DNA of 64,000 bases from Candidatus Thorarchaeota archaeon (GTDB taxonomy: Archaea > Asgardarchaeota > Thorarchaeia > Thorarchaeales > Thorarchaeaceae). The stretch spans positions 91,908 to 155,907 of the forward strand of contig DXJO01000046.1 of assembly GCA_019057475.1 (NCBI GenBank), read 5' to 3'. A model generated the notes under the pieces. That model was not told the origin of the DNA and did no database searches. It saw nothing but the letters and a program-made list of their open reading frames with translations. Below, piece after piece: positions 49,954-60,399 of this stretch. Position 1 is the first letter of the stretch; every line of letters starts with the position of its first letter. The position numbers and the translations under genes were made by a program.

Positions 49954-51732
49954 GTGCTTGGAGGAACATGCACAGTGCGCTGGACAGTTCTAGTTCTGGC
50001 TTGTCTGATAGTGGTATGTGGCACTATACCAGGGATTCCAGCTCAATCTATTATCAGCCAAGAAGAAACAATAGACATCATTGTGGCGTATACGCATGAC
50101 ATTCATGGTCATCTCTACCCAAAGTGGTCCAGTGGTAGTTGTAGTGAGGGAATGGCACGGCTCTCTACGAAAGTTCAACAACTCCGAGCCGTTCGACCAG
50201 TCCTGTTGCTTGATTGTGGAGACATCCTTAGCGGGGGAGCCACAAACGATCACAACGATGGAATACCCATGATCGAGGTCATGAACAGTATCGGCTATGA
50301 CGCCATGGCTCTTGATAATCACGAGTTTGACCAAGGTTTCACAACACTGAGTGGAATGATCCAAGCGGCTAATTTCGATGTGCTAAGTGCGAATACTGAA
50401 TGGCCGGGCACACCTCAGGCTGCCGATTATTCCATTGAAGAGATCGCGGGCTATCAAATCGGTATCATCGGCCTCACGCTTTCATTCTGGTATGCACCTG
50501 ATGATGTTGTGTTCGCCGACTTGGCTGAATCCGCGTCGAACGCTGTTTCAGAGCTTGAAACTCAGGGAGTCAACTTCATCATAATTCTTGGCTGTGTCTG
50601 GTCAGGTCTTGCAAATAGTGTTCCCGGGGTTGACCTCATAGTGAAAGGAGGCGGCCCGGAAATGATTGGTGACACTCTTTCACTTCCTTCCGTGGGTTCG
50701 TACGGATCTGCATTGGGCGTTCTCAATCTCACCATCAACATATCACAAGGCACCATTGAAGCGTACTCTTTCTCCAGTCACGGACTTGATTCGACACTGG
50801 AGCCAGATCCAGTGGTTGAAGCCATCATCGATGGTTGGGATGCCCCGCTTTCAGAATATCTTGACACGCCTGTAGGCTACTTTGACACATACTTGAGTAG
50901 TTCAAGTGTTGGCCCAATGTTGGCCAAAGCACTATGGCAACAGACCGGAGCGGATGTTGGCGTGTACAACGCCGGTGGTGTCCGTGAAGGAATCGACAGC
51001 GGGTTCATCACCTATCGGGACCTGTATCACGTTGAGCCTTTCTTCAACTTCGTGGCCACAATTGATGCTCCCGGCTGGATTGCAGAACAGATTGCAAGTA
51101 GCAACTATCACGCCACCAGTATCACTGCGTTTGAGCCCGATACTATATACACGATTGCTAGTTCCAACTTCTCGATAACAAGCTTTGAGATATCATACAG
51201 GTCAGACCTGAGCAACCGTCAAGATGTGGTCGGAACAAGTGTTGTAGCGGCTTTCGCCACCCACTTATCTGAAGCGTTCCCGGTTGAGATACGCGATTTG
51301 CAAGATGCGTTGAGCGAAACGAAAGATGTCATCAGTTCACTGCCTGATGAAGCACTTACAGGCGGAATCCCTTCGGACCTCAGAGCCAGCATGAACAACG
51401 AGCTCACATCAGCACAGATTTCTCTTAGCGAAGATGATGATACGGATGCAGTTTCCCATGTTCGTACTGCTCTCGACCTCGTGTCAGACCACGTGGTCAC
51501 TTCCTGCCCCAGACGATGGCTCATGATTACGCTCAACTGTATCATATATGGCTTAGAAGATGTCACAAGTCCAACAACACCTTCAGATACAACGTCAACC
51601 ACAACTCCAACCTCGGCGACTACCGAACCAACCACCCCGGCTCTCGGAGAGATTGTGATAGTAATAGTTGCTACACTCACAATCGTCACGCTAAGCGGGA
51701 TAGTCTGGAAGCTAAGAAGAGGAAAAGCATGA
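49954..51732 (+). CDS. Membrane-anchored 5'-nucleotidase / UDP-sugar hydrolase family metallophosphoesterase
   Basis: THDIHG, LLLDCGD, DNHEFD and NAGGVR motifs; Thr-rich linker and C-terminal TM helix. Confidence 0.85.
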   Translation: MLGGTCTVRWTVLVLACLIVVCGTIPGIPAQSIISQEETIDIIVAYTHDIHGHLYPKWSSGSCSEGMARLSTKVQQLRAVRPVLLLDCGDILSGGATNDHNDGIPMIEVMNSIGYDAMALDNHEFDQGFTTLSGMIQAANFDVLSANTEWPGTPQAADYSIEEIAGYQIGIIGLTLSFWYAPDDVVFADLAESASNAVSELETQGVNFIIILGCVWSGLANSVPGVDLIVKGGGPEMIGDTLSLPSVGSYGSALGVLNLTINISQGTIEAYSFSSHGLDSTLEPDPVVEAIIDGWDAPLSEYLDTPVGYFDTYLSSSSVGPMLAKALWQQTGADVGVYNAGGVREGIDSGFITYRDLYHVEPFFNFVATIDAPGWIAEQIASSNYHATSITAFEPDTIYTIASSNFSITSFEISYRSDLSNRQDVVGTSVVAAFATHLSEAFPVEIRDLQDALSETKDVISSLPDEALTGGIPSDLRASMNNELTSAQISLSEDDDTDAVSHVRTALDLVSDHVVTSCPRRWLMITLNCIIYGLEDVTSPTTPSDTTSTTTPTSATTEPTTPALGEIVIVIVATLTIVTLSGIVWKLRRGKA

Positions 51733-51764
51733 AGTAGTACGCTACAAGACTAACATCCCATATA

Positions 51765-51995
51765 CTACTCCACTGCAGTTAGTGCATCTCTAAGATTCAC
51801 GATGAAGCCAACCTTATCGTCTGCGATTCTTTTCTTGAACTCTCTCCAAGCTGCGGAGCAGTTCTTGTACTCCACACCCACCAACTCATGGATTCGCCTA
51901 TCGAACTCTCGCTTGTTCTCGGTCGTGACTTCCACTCCAATCTCTGTGAAGAGATGCTTGATGTGCCTGAAATAACATGTCAAATGAGTCACCAA
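51765..51995 (-). CDS. Small conserved hypothetical protein
   Basis: TCYFRH...NKRE.DR.IH..VGVEYKNCS.AW; coherent ORF in series with the upstream gene. Confidence 0.65.
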   Translation of the reverse strand: MVTHLTCYFRHIKHLFTEIGVEVTTENKREFDRRIHELVGVEYKNCSAAWREFKKRIADDKVGFIVNLRDALTAVE

Positions 51996-52017
51996 TCATA
52001 GTATGGAATGGAAGAGG

Positions 52018-52836
52018 CTAAACCCCTTTCCACTTAAAATCGACTAATCGCGGTTTTTCTTTGAAGCTCATGGGGTTATCAGGATTGAAGGATGGTTCAT
52101 TAGTGATCAGTCTAGCTATGTTCTCATCACCTGTTTCGAATGCCCTTCTGAATTGCATCTCCAGAATCGGACTGTACAAGATAAGGGGAATGAAAATCGC
52201 AATCATCACCAGTCTGAATGGCCATAGATTATATGTGAAAGAGGCGTCGAAGAGGATTTGATACAGTTTGAATGAAATCTCAACAATTCCCCAAGCAAAA
52301 CCAAGACCCATACTACCTTGTCGCAGGTGCTTGAGTTGCTTGAAGAGCCTGAATGTCCGCCCCATCCACTCATCATATTGATCCTGTCCGAGGGAGTGAT
52401 TCAGAACTCCACCCCTTCTGAATGTCAGTACCGATATCTTTCCCATGAATTCGAGGTTCTCTCTTTCCATGATAATGCGTGTCCGATATCGTTTCTTGGC
52501 GAACCCTCCCAATGTCACGATGGAGAATATGATTATCGTAATTGTCCAGACCGTTGCTAGGAGTGCCATCATTACGGCGAGTATGATTAGGCAAAGACCA
52601 GCACCCTCGCCAGACCCAATGTCACCACAACCGCCTAAGTCTACATGAATCTCTGGCATCACAATAATGTGGCCGGTCTCTTTCGTGTGGACGGTCTTCT
52701 TTTCTGGCTTGACACCGGTGATGTTCTCAAGTTCCCTCTCGACCGAGCTGCCTGAAACTCCGTAGGCAAGTATCGTTAGAACCTCATTATCTGACTCTTT
52801 CTCTTTGGGACTCAATGTCTTTATCACCTCTACCAC
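52018..52836 (-). CDS. Hypothetical membrane protein
   Basis: Long ORF with 3-4 TM helices. Confidence 0.65.
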   Translation of the reverse strand: MVEVIKTLSPKEKESDNEVLTILAYGVSGSSVERELENITGVKPEKKTVHTKETGHIIVMPEIHVDLGGCGDIGSGEGAGLCLIILAVMMALLATVWTITIIIFSIVTLGGFAKKRYRTRIIMERENLEFMGKISVLTFRRGGVLNHSLGQDQYDEWMGRTFRLFKQLKHLRQGSMGLGFAWGIVEISFKLYQILFDASFTYNLWPFRLVMIAIFIPLILYSPILEMQFRRAFETGDENIARLITNEPSFNPDNPMSFKEKPRLVDFKWKGV

Positions 52837-53218
52837 TGGAGAGCAATTGAGAAATTGCTATCTCCCAAAGAGAATTGTTCCCTCGTCTTTTGCAGCATTC
52901 AGTACTGAATGGCAGCTACGGCTTCCGAAGGATGCTCTTTTGCTGATGATATAATAGCCATTGGTGCTATGCATATGTTCGGATGTAACCGGTATGATGC
53001 GAGGTCTTGATGGGTTGCAAACAGCTGCTGCAAAGTTGGACATATCTGGACAATTCCATTGTGGGTTTTATATAGACCAATTCGACATTGATCTCTGAGG
53101 AACATGACATACCTGTAAAGGTTCCTCACGGAGTAGTCCAGTGCCGTTTTCTGGACGTACTAGACTTCGGTGTCCAACTTCGTACAACTTACAATGAACG
53201 GTCAGCTAAAAAGAAGAT

Positions 53219-53258
53219 GAGTAGACCACAGATGCGCTTAAGGCATCCATGGCCACTC
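53219..53258 (-). terminator. 3' hairpin after the subtilase gene
   Basis: Minus-strand GAGTGGCCATGGATGC pairs with GCATCTGTGGTCTACTC (G-U allowed), followed by ATCTTCTTTTT. Confidence 0.5.
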
Positions 53259-53269
53259 TTTGACTTAAT

Positions 53270-54562
53270 CTACTTGGCAGCTTTCAACGCGGCATCTGCC
53301 TGTAAGAATCCTGCACCGTAGTCCGTCCCATACCATTCGAAATGGTAGACTCCGTACCACGGATCCCATGCCCAAGACCCGTCACAAGGCAGTGGCGCAC
53401 CATGGGCTGCATTCTTCAGGATGTGTTGCATTGTGGCCTGGTCAACGTTTGGATACGACTGTAGCACAAGTGCTGCAATCCCAGAAACGTGGGGAGCAGC
53501 CATGCTCGTTCCCCAGAGGTAGTAGTACCCAACGTAGGTGCTGAAGTACGATTTGTACGGACCAACAATCGCGGCTCCCGGAGCGGTGACGTCCAAGTCA
53601 GAGGCCTTCTGTCCAAGGTCCTTGTTTGGCCTTGAACTGATGTCATCAAGGAACAGTTGATGATTATTGCCCCAAGAGTCCTTGGTGTTGAGATCCTCTG
53701 GCACGTCGTCAAGCCAGTGAGATACGAATTGCTCTGTCCACCCAGCCATGCCGCAGGATATAACCTGTGGGAAAGCCCCTGGCCAGCCCATGCCCGCATA
53801 GCCTTTGTTGCCTGCTGATGCAACTACAATTACGCCTTTTTCGACAGCATAGTCTATGGCAGCCCCAATCTTTGATGATGGTTCTGGGCCTCCAAGACTC
53901 ATGCTGATGATCACTGGTCCATCTAGGTATTCTGCCAGATCAGCAACATAATAGATGCCTGCAGAAACCATCTCGTCTGTACCGCCGGCAAGATATTTCG
54001 TACCGAACGGAGAAGGCACCATCCAAGCATCCAAGACTAGTACAGGGATTATTGTCGCCTTTGGAGCAACGCCATTAATCCAAGCCATGTTGTAGAAGTT
54101 GTAGCCAACAATTGTGCTCGTGACATGCGTCCCGTGACCACTGCCCATGAAATCATCCGTGATGAACCCACGGTCATCTCGGAGCGGACCGAAGTGAAAG
54201 TCCCCAGCTGCGTGGTCCCAAGAAATATCGTGTGTAAAGCCAACGCCAAGATCCCAAGCGATGTTTGCTGGGGAGAAGAAGTCGGGCCACATGCTGAGCA
54301 GTCCTGTATCGAGCACTGCCACATAGACACCCTCACCATCATTCGACACGGCCTCTGCATCCACTAGGTCCACCCAGAAAGGTACCATCTCCATAAGTCC
54401 AGAGGGAGTTGTTTCCATCCGCTCCGCAAGTGGTGAAGCTAGCTCTGCTCTTTCTGTGAATATGTCAAACAATGGAAAGGCGGTGTTCGTAGTTGCCAAG
54501 ACCCCATTTAGGGGCAGAAGCAGCCCCAGTATGAGGAATAAAACACTTACTCTCCATCTCAT
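53270..54562 (-). CDS. S8 family serine peptidase (subtilase), secreted
   Basis: Catalytic triad VAVLDTG / GHGTHV / GTSMAAPHVSG; oxyanion motif SAGN. Confidence 0.92.
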   Translation of the reverse strand: MRWRVSVLFLILGLLLPLNGVLATTNTAFPLFDIFTERAELASPLAERMETTPSGLMEMVPFWVDLVDAEAVSNDGEGVYVAVLDTGLLSMWPDFFSPANIAWDLGVGFTHDISWDHAAGDFHFGPLRDDRGFITDDFMGSGHGTHVTSTIVGYNFYNMAWINGVAPKATIIPVLVLDAWMVPSPFGTKYLAGGTDEMVSAGIYYVADLAEYLDGPVIISMSLGGPEPSSKIGAAIDYAVEKGVIVVASAGNKGYAGMGWPGAFPQVISCGMAGWTEQFVSHWLDDVPEDLNTKDSWGNNHQLFLDDISSRPNKDLGQKASDLDVTAPGAAIVGPYKSYFSTYVGYYYLWGTSMAAPHVSGIAALVLQSYPNVDQATMQHILKNAAHGAPLPCDGSWAWDPWYGVYHFEWYGTDYGAGFLQADAALKAAK

Positions 54563-54669
54563 GATAATTCGCCTCAATATAGGTTATTGAATACGTATTC
54601 GGAACTTGTATAAATATCTAGCGAGAAACCCACAACTAGTTAGATTCATAACCTTCTTGCATGTAACGC

Positions 54670-55251
54670 ATGCCCTCTACTATCGCCCACAAATGCGGGC
54701 ATAAGGGCATCAGACCAAAACAGAACCTCTTCATCTGCCACACCTGTGGATATTTAGCCAATGCAGACCTGAACGGCGCTATCAACATTGGTAGAGGCCT
54801 GATTATGCTCATTCCTTCACTGAAGAATGAGAAGACAGGACTAGGAATGTGGTTGCTCCCAAAGGAGAAGATCACTCCGAAAGCCCGGAGGAGCTCCGGC
54901 TCTAAACGGAAGTCCTCACTCCCTCAGAGGCCGCCAGCCTCGCTTGAAGGAGAGTCCGTGGCTGACTGTCATGTTCAGACAACTCTTGAGCTGTCTGAGA
55001 GCAGTAAAGATCCCGCCATGGTAAAGACCGTGAAAGAACTGTCTGCCGCTTTGAGGACTGGCACTCTTAGCATTCATGTGCAGCGGATAGAAGTCACGTC
55101 CCGACCGAGAGATTATATCTCGGTGAAGTCGGGCAAAGCTCATGTCACTGTTTCAGGCTCCGGTCTGATACAGGCTGGTGACGGCAGTCGTGAGAAGGAT
55201 GGAACACAGAAGTCTCTTGCAGTGGGTTCACTCACAGAATGTAAGAAATAG
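54670..55251 (+). pseudogene. tnpB: IS200/IS605-family TnpB C-terminal remnant
   Basis: KCGH...FICHTCGY.ANADLNGAINI zinc ribbon and RuvC-III; RuvC-I/II absent. Confidence 0.75.
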
Positions 55252-55906
55252 TCTTACGGAGATAAGAATCGTTTATGACAACGAGGCCAAAGAGGGCTTT
55301 AGAGGGCAATGGGGTTTCGCTTGCTTGGTCGGAAAGAATACCCTCTTCGATACAGGCGGCGACCTAGACACTTTGCTGTTCAATATGATGCGGTTCGAGG
55401 TGAATCTTGCTCTCATTGACACTATTGTGCTATCGCACAGTCATGGCGACCACATCGGGGGAATAGGGATTGTGGACATGCTCGGGGACGTCAGGGTTTT
55501 TGTTCCAAGGTCATTCTCAAGCCGATTCAAGAAGAAGCTATCTTCCCGCCCCAATGTTGATTTGGTGGAGGTCAGCGTAACCACGACAATCTCAGATGGC
55601 ATCTTCACAACAGGTGAACTTGGACAGTTCACCAAGGAGCAGGCCCTTGTCCTTGAAACCAGCAGGGGATCTGTTGTGATAACGGGTTGCAGCCATCCTG
55701 GCTTGGAGAACATACTGAGATTCGCTGCGCAGTTTGATGAAGTCTACGGCGTCGTAGGGGGCTTCCATGGATTTAACAGACTTGAGTCGCTAGAAAATAT
55801 CTCATTAGTAGTTCCGTGTCACTGTACCAGAAGAAAGAGGGCTATACTTGCCCTCTACCCAGAAACGAGCAAAGTGTGTGCAGCCGGATGCCGATTCGCA
55901 ATCTAG
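55199..55906 (+). CDS. MBL-fold metallo-hydrolase (start uncertain)
   Basis: IVYDN, WGFAC, LFDTG, SHSHGDHIGG, TGCSHPG, GGFH and PCHCT motifs. Confidence 0.85.
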   Translation: MEHRSLLQWVHSQNVRNSLTEIRIVYDNEAKEGFRGQWGFACLVGKNTLFDTGGDLDTLLFNMMRFEVNLALIDTIVLSHSHGDHIGGIGIVDMLGDVRVFVPRSFSSRFKKKLSSRPNVDLVEVSVTTTISDGIFTTGELGQFTKEQALVLETSRGSVVITGCSHPGLENILRFAAQFDEVYGVVGGFHGFNRLESLENISLVVPCHCTRRKRAILALYPETSKVCAAGCRFAI

Positions 55907-55996
55907 CGTCACTCAGACCATCATCCAGACATGATGAATGTCCCATATCCAAGAGATAATTAAACGAACTTGAGCCCGCTGCTGTAGTGATTCAGA

Positions 55997-56461
55997 TTGG
56001 AGAACACATCGGAATATAGGAGCTGGTTTTGGGTTCTAAAGAGTTGGGTCATTGTCTATGCCGTTCTTCTAGTTGTGGGAATACTGCTCGGCTTTGTCGG
56101 AGGTCCTTCGTACTACTGGAGTGTAATGACGATTGGATCGTTGATAATGATTGTACCAATCACGTACAGGAACTTGGTCGGAGAGGGTTGCAGCCTCAAG
56201 TTCCAGATGTGTGCACTTGTCAAGGGCATGGTTGCAGGACTCATCTTTCTGATACTCTCAATGGTTGCAGACTTCGTACTCTGGGGCGCAATTGGAACCA
56301 GTATTGGGTGGACACCATTAGCAGAAGGCCCAGTTTCATGGAATTTCTACCAGGTGTGGTGGTTCAGCGGCGCGATTGGCGGGTTTGGCGCAAGGATTGC
56401 GGAGGTCCGTGCGTACGACGAGAGAGTTGGAAGAAACATTACAATTATCGATACTGATTGA
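55997..56461 (+). CDS. Hypothetical membrane protein
   Basis: Four TM helices. Confidence 0.65.
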   Translation: MENTSEYRSWFWVLKSWVIVYAVLLVVGILLGFVGGPSYYWSVMTIGSLIMIVPITYRNLVGEGCSLKFQMCALVKGMVAGLIFLILSMVADFVLWGAIGTSIGWTPLAEGPVSWNFYQVWWFSGAIGGFGARIAEVRAYDERVGRNITIIDTD

Positions 56462-56547
56462 TAAGCGAGCTCAGCGAACGCCTGTTCAATACACCGAACA
56501 AATATTAGCATGTGCGTGCAAGGCACAAACTAGGAGTAGACATCACC

Positions 56548-56760
56548 GTGAACAAAATACTTGCACTTCTCGGGATTATTCTGATAGTCATAGGCCTCTG
56601 GCCAGTATGGGTAGTGTATGTGGACTTACTAGCCGCCTACACCGCAATGCTATACCTTGGAATGTACCAACTACCTCTGATGGGATACAACTTCTCAGAA
56701 CTAATGCTTGGCATGCTCGGCATTGGTGTCATTCTGCTTATCATTGGTGCAATCAAGTAG
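56548..56760 (+). CDS. Small membrane protein
   Basis: Two hydrophobic helices from GTG (VNKILALLG). Confidence 0.55.
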   Translation: MNKILALLGIILIVIGLWPVWVVYVDLLAAYTAMLYLGMYQLPLMGYNFSELMLGMLGIGVILLIIGAIK

Positions 56761-56830
56761 CGTGCGTCCTAAGGTAGCGATCGTGAGCCTGCGTTACTCG
56801 CGCGCTAGCAGAACAGCGAACAAGATGATA

Positions 56831-57511
56831 TCATGTCAAATGGGGCTGCGCCCTGATTCTATCAAGGACCCTGTTTTTCTTCGCTTGCTGCTTCCAGCCC
56901 CTGTTCCCCATCCACATATACAGTGTTCTGGGGATAATTGATTTTGCCATCAGATTCGTAGCTTCTTCTGAAATTGCCTTCTCTTCTGAGAGAGCACGCG
57001 CAGTGAGATCGAGGGCCTTCTTCACATTACGCGCCATACCCCCAACCTCATCTAATGGCTTACGGCGGATTGCTGGTCCCATTCCAAGAGCCAGTTCGCC
57101 AGCCCACTCAAAACCGGACCTCTGGGCAAAGCAACGGCAAATCTCGAGCGCAATCAGAATCTGGCTTGCCTCAGGGAACCCACTGTTTGATATGGCGATG
57201 AACTTCTGTCACTTTGTGTCTGCGGCTTCTTCACGATGCTTGGTGATTATCTCCATGGTCTTAATGACAGGAGCGGGCAGACTGTCTACATAGAGGGGGA
57301 ACGTCAGCACGACCAAGTCCGAGATTCCAACGAGATGGAGCAGCTCCTCTATCCCTTCTTGGGTCTTGACTAATCTGTGGATGTGTGCCTTGTTGGTAGT
57401 GAATCCCTTCTCGGTCAGTCTGTCCATCGAGTAGGAACCTAGTGAGCCGGAGGTGCTTCTGAATCCGAAGGGGCTTCCAACAAGTAGAAGAGCAGTCTTC
57501 ATGTCAGTCAC
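56831..57511 (-). pseudogene. Flavodoxin-like NAD(P)H-dependent oxidoreductase interrupted by an in-frame TGA at 57209-57211
   Basis: LLLVGSP...FPLYVDSLP...DTK*QKFIAISNSGFPE...; ORFs 57209-57511 and 56831-57082 share one frame with a single stop between them. Confidence 0.75.
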
Positions 57512-58083
57512 CTGATCGCCTCCACTTTGAGTAAAGCACTTCTGACACTGTTTGTCACGCTCTGAAACCCGTCCTCTACAGTAACGACCTCAGTTGCATG
57601 TGCTGGACTGTATAAGTTAATGGCGTTTCGTTCTACAAGTGCACTGAACACACCCTCTAGCTCCGCATCCGGTTTTAACAACACGCCTATACCGACAAAG
57701 CAGGGAAGTCTGTCATAGCGCGGAACATGGTGGGTTTCACCACTGACTTTCTTGAAGAAAGGCAGCAAATTCGGAATCAATCGGTCAATTGCCTTTTTGA
57801 GTGTGAAGGAGTATCCCCCAAACGTCACTGGCGTAAGGAAGATGAGCAAATCGCATTGGACAACAGACTTGGCTACATCCCTGCCTGCATCATCGATTAT
57901 GCATACCCCGGGTGTTCTCGTCCAACATCCGAAGCATCCCCTGCAGTCAGCGACCTTTAAGTCACATAGGGGTAATGACTCTACGGTCCAATCGAATTGA
58001 CTCAGCTGGTCATTGATGACCTGATGTACCATTCCGGTCGCACTGTCATCTCTCTCAGATCCATCTAGAATTAAGGCGTGCAT
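57508..58083 (-). CDS. Flavodoxin-fold FMN reductase family protein
   Basis: CRGCFGCWTRTPGVC and TPVTFGGYS..LKKAIDR motifs. Confidence 0.85.
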   Translation of the reverse strand: MHALILDGSERDDSATGMVHQVINDQLSQFDWTVESLPLCDLKVADCRGCFGCWTRTPGVCIIDDAGRDVAKSVVQCDLLIFLTPVTFGGYSFTLKKAIDRLIPNLLPFFKKVSGETHHVPRYDRLPCFVGIGVLLKPDAELEGVFSALVERNAINLYSPAHATEVVTVEDGFQSVTNSVRSALLKVEAIR

Positions 58084-58205
58084 GATTCAATCTTCCTTCA
58101 AGTTCCCCTTTCAATCGCGAAACAATGAATACCTTTCCAATGAACAGTACTGAGGATTCATGATTGAACATGAGTTATTGGGGCGGAGCAGCATTACATG
58201 GAATC

Positions 58206-58970
58206 ATGGAGAGGCTGAGCAAGCTGCTGTTCGAGCTATCAAATGAGAACAGACTGAGTATCATCGTTGAGCTAAATAAAGGTGCAATGAAGCTCACAGC
58301 CCGCTCAAGGAAACTAGAATTCACCGTTCAAGAGACCTCCCGACACCTATCAAGGCTCAGCGGAGCATCACTCGTTATGAAGTATGTTGATGGATCCTAT
58401 CACATCACACCTCTCGGAAAGCAAACTATAGACCATCTCTCAGGACTTGAATTTCTAGCCAATCACAGTGGATATTTCAAGACTCATACTCCATCACTAC
58501 TACCAAGAGAGTTTGCGAGCAGGATAGGCGACTTGGTGAAGTGTGGATTCTCGGACAACGTCATGCAATCCTTCGGAACAGTTGAATCTATGATAAAAGC
58601 GGCAGAAGAATACATTTGGATTGCTTCCGATTATGTGCTCTCAAGCACTCTACCTCTCCTCGAAGATGCAGTAGGCCGTGGGCTGGAGTTCAGGACCAAC
58701 CTGCCTGAGAACCTCCTTCTGCCAGCCTTTACGGAATCTCATGAGCCTCCCTTCAGTTCTCATGAACATGGGTGCATGGAACATAGGACTCTGAAGAAGA
58801 TTGATACAATCTTGGTTCTCTCTGAGAAAGATGCAGTTGTGACATTTTCTACGATAGAGGGCAAGATGGACTACTTGGGTTTCGAAACCATGGATGAATT
58901 AAGCCACACGTGGTGTAAAGACCTGTTTCGATGCTATTGGGAAACAGCTGTACCTATCCTTGCTCCATAG
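58206..58970 (+). CDS. Archaeal ArsR-type wHTH regulator with DUF1724-like C-terminal domain
   Basis: LFELSNENRLSI...QETSRHLSRL...YHITPLG; YFKTH..S.LP.EF..RIG.L; WCKDLF..YW. Confidence 0.8.
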   Translation: MERLSKLLFELSNENRLSIIVELNKGAMKLTARSRKLEFTVQETSRHLSRLSGASLVMKYVDGSYHITPLGKQTIDHLSGLEFLANHSGYFKTHTPSLLPREFASRIGDLVKCGFSDNVMQSFGTVESMIKAAEEYIWIASDYVLSSTLPLLEDAVGRGLEFRTNLPENLLLPAFTESHEPPFSSHEHGCMEHRTLKKIDTILVLSEKDAVVTFSTIEGKMDYLGFETMDELSHTWCKDLFRCYWETAVPILAP

Positions 58971-59042
58971 AAACGAAGCTATGCGAAGCCGAGAAGCTCA
59001 CACTTCGCAAACCTATTACGGAAATAAGTTAGAGTCTAAGAT

Positions 59043-59210
59043 ATGACAAAGAAGATTGGCGATTTCCATCTATGCGAGGAGTGCAACCTGCTGTACCGTG
59101 AACAATCTTGGGCTGAGAAGTGTGAAGAATGGTGTAGGGAGCGCAAGTCATGCAATATCGAAATAACCAAGCATGCTGTTCCACAGAACGGACTTTCCCT
59201 GTCCAAGTGA
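59043..59210 (+). CDS. Small Cys-rich (zinc-binding) protein, 55 aa
   Basis: Translated by hand: CEECNLLYREQSWAEKCEEWCRERKSCNIEITKHAV; below the ORF-track cutoff. Confidence 0.7.
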   Translation: MTKKIGDFHLCEECNLLYREQSWAEKCEEWCRERKSCNIEITKHAVPQNGLSLSK

Positions 59211-59235
59211 CCATGAGACCGTGATGTGACAGTCC

Positions 59236-59934
59236 TCAAATTTCAATTCTCAAATCGGTGTGTTTGCCATCCACAAATCCGCGGAAGGCATCATCCGCTC
59301 CGACAATGCCAAAGCCGCCCAGAAACGGCACATCCAGGCCAGGATCATTCTTGAGGGTCAAGTACGTCCACCTGCAAGCCGCAACAACCATATCGTGCGT
59401 CACGTGAATGTGAAGACTATCGCCGCTGTCCTCTGTTATCTTATCCAGTGTATATGGATGAAGACGTTGAGTATATGCCTCCATCCGCTCAATCGTATCT
59501 TCCGGTATCATGTCCTTCGACCAAAGCTGATACGTTCGCGCCCAGTCAACCTCGCCTGCAAAAGCCGCGTACTTCCTCGGGTCGGCATTCGCACCAAGCA
59601 GAATTCCAAGTTCTTTCATGAGGACCAAGTCACCACCGCTCTCTGAGAGCCCTTCTGCAATCCTTTCTGCAGTCTGTTCCGTGCGAATATGTGGACTGTA
59701 GAAAATGCTAACCGGCCTATCTGTGGGCAGTCTTCGCCCAAACTCAGCCGAAGTTTCATGCCCTATGGGTGTCAGCTCGGCCGTCAGACTTGCTTGAAAG
59801 CCACGGTTGACCAGACGGTGTGAGTGTCTAATCATCAGCATAACGCGGTTACGTACCTGACTGTTGACCCAATCTACTAGATGTCGCGCATCTTTCAACC
59901 AATCAACGGTTTCCCACTCGTGCTCGCTATTCAT
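59236..59934 (-). CDS. Histidine phosphatase superfamily protein
   Basis: IRHS, LTPIG, SPHIRTEQTA and VTHD motifs. Confidence 0.8.
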   Translation of the reverse strand: MNSEHEWETVDWLKDARHLVDWVNSQVRNRVMLMIRHSHRLVNRGFQASLTAELTPIGHETSAEFGRRLPTDRPVSIFYSPHIRTEQTAERIAEGLSESGGDLVLMKELGILLGANADPRKYAAFAGEVDWARTYQLWSKDMIPEDTIERMEAYTQRLHPYTLDKITEDSGDSLHIHVTHDMVVAACRWTYLTLKNDPGLDVPFLGGFGIVGADDAFRGFVDGKHTDLRIEI

Positions 59935-60130
59935 GCTGTATCCCTCCAAGAATCCATGCACTAGGTATTGCACCAAGGTCAATGCAAGTATGATCGATAA
60001 CCAATCCTCCAGGCCATTGGGCCAATGTGGTCCTTCGTAGGGAATCCATTTGCCGTCCATCTGACAAGATGGGAACAGTAGCAAGAAGCATGAGCAATAG
60101 GCAAGTAGACAAGTAAACGGCGCGCGACAT
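59927..60130 (-). pseudogene. Probable N-terminal fragment of a secreted protein
   Basis: Signal peptide plus VIDHTCIDLGAIPSAWI, then ends within the start of the next gene. Confidence 0.35.
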
Positions 60131-60399
60131 GGCTTTCAACTCCACATTCAGGCTCTCAAATGCAAAGAGAACATAAATGACTCTTTCTCTGATTATCTGC
60201 AGCCAAACACAGGATAGACTTGCAGAAGGGTTTGAACTCATCAACTCGAGGTTCCGCCCGGGTCATTGACTGGGACAGAGTCCTACCTCCTCCTTTCTGG
60301 GTGAAGCTGCCAGACCCACAAGAGTAAAACCATGGCTGTATCACTATAGTCAATCCGATATCCTCTCAGTTCTGCAGTCTGAGAGAAAGGTGACCGATC

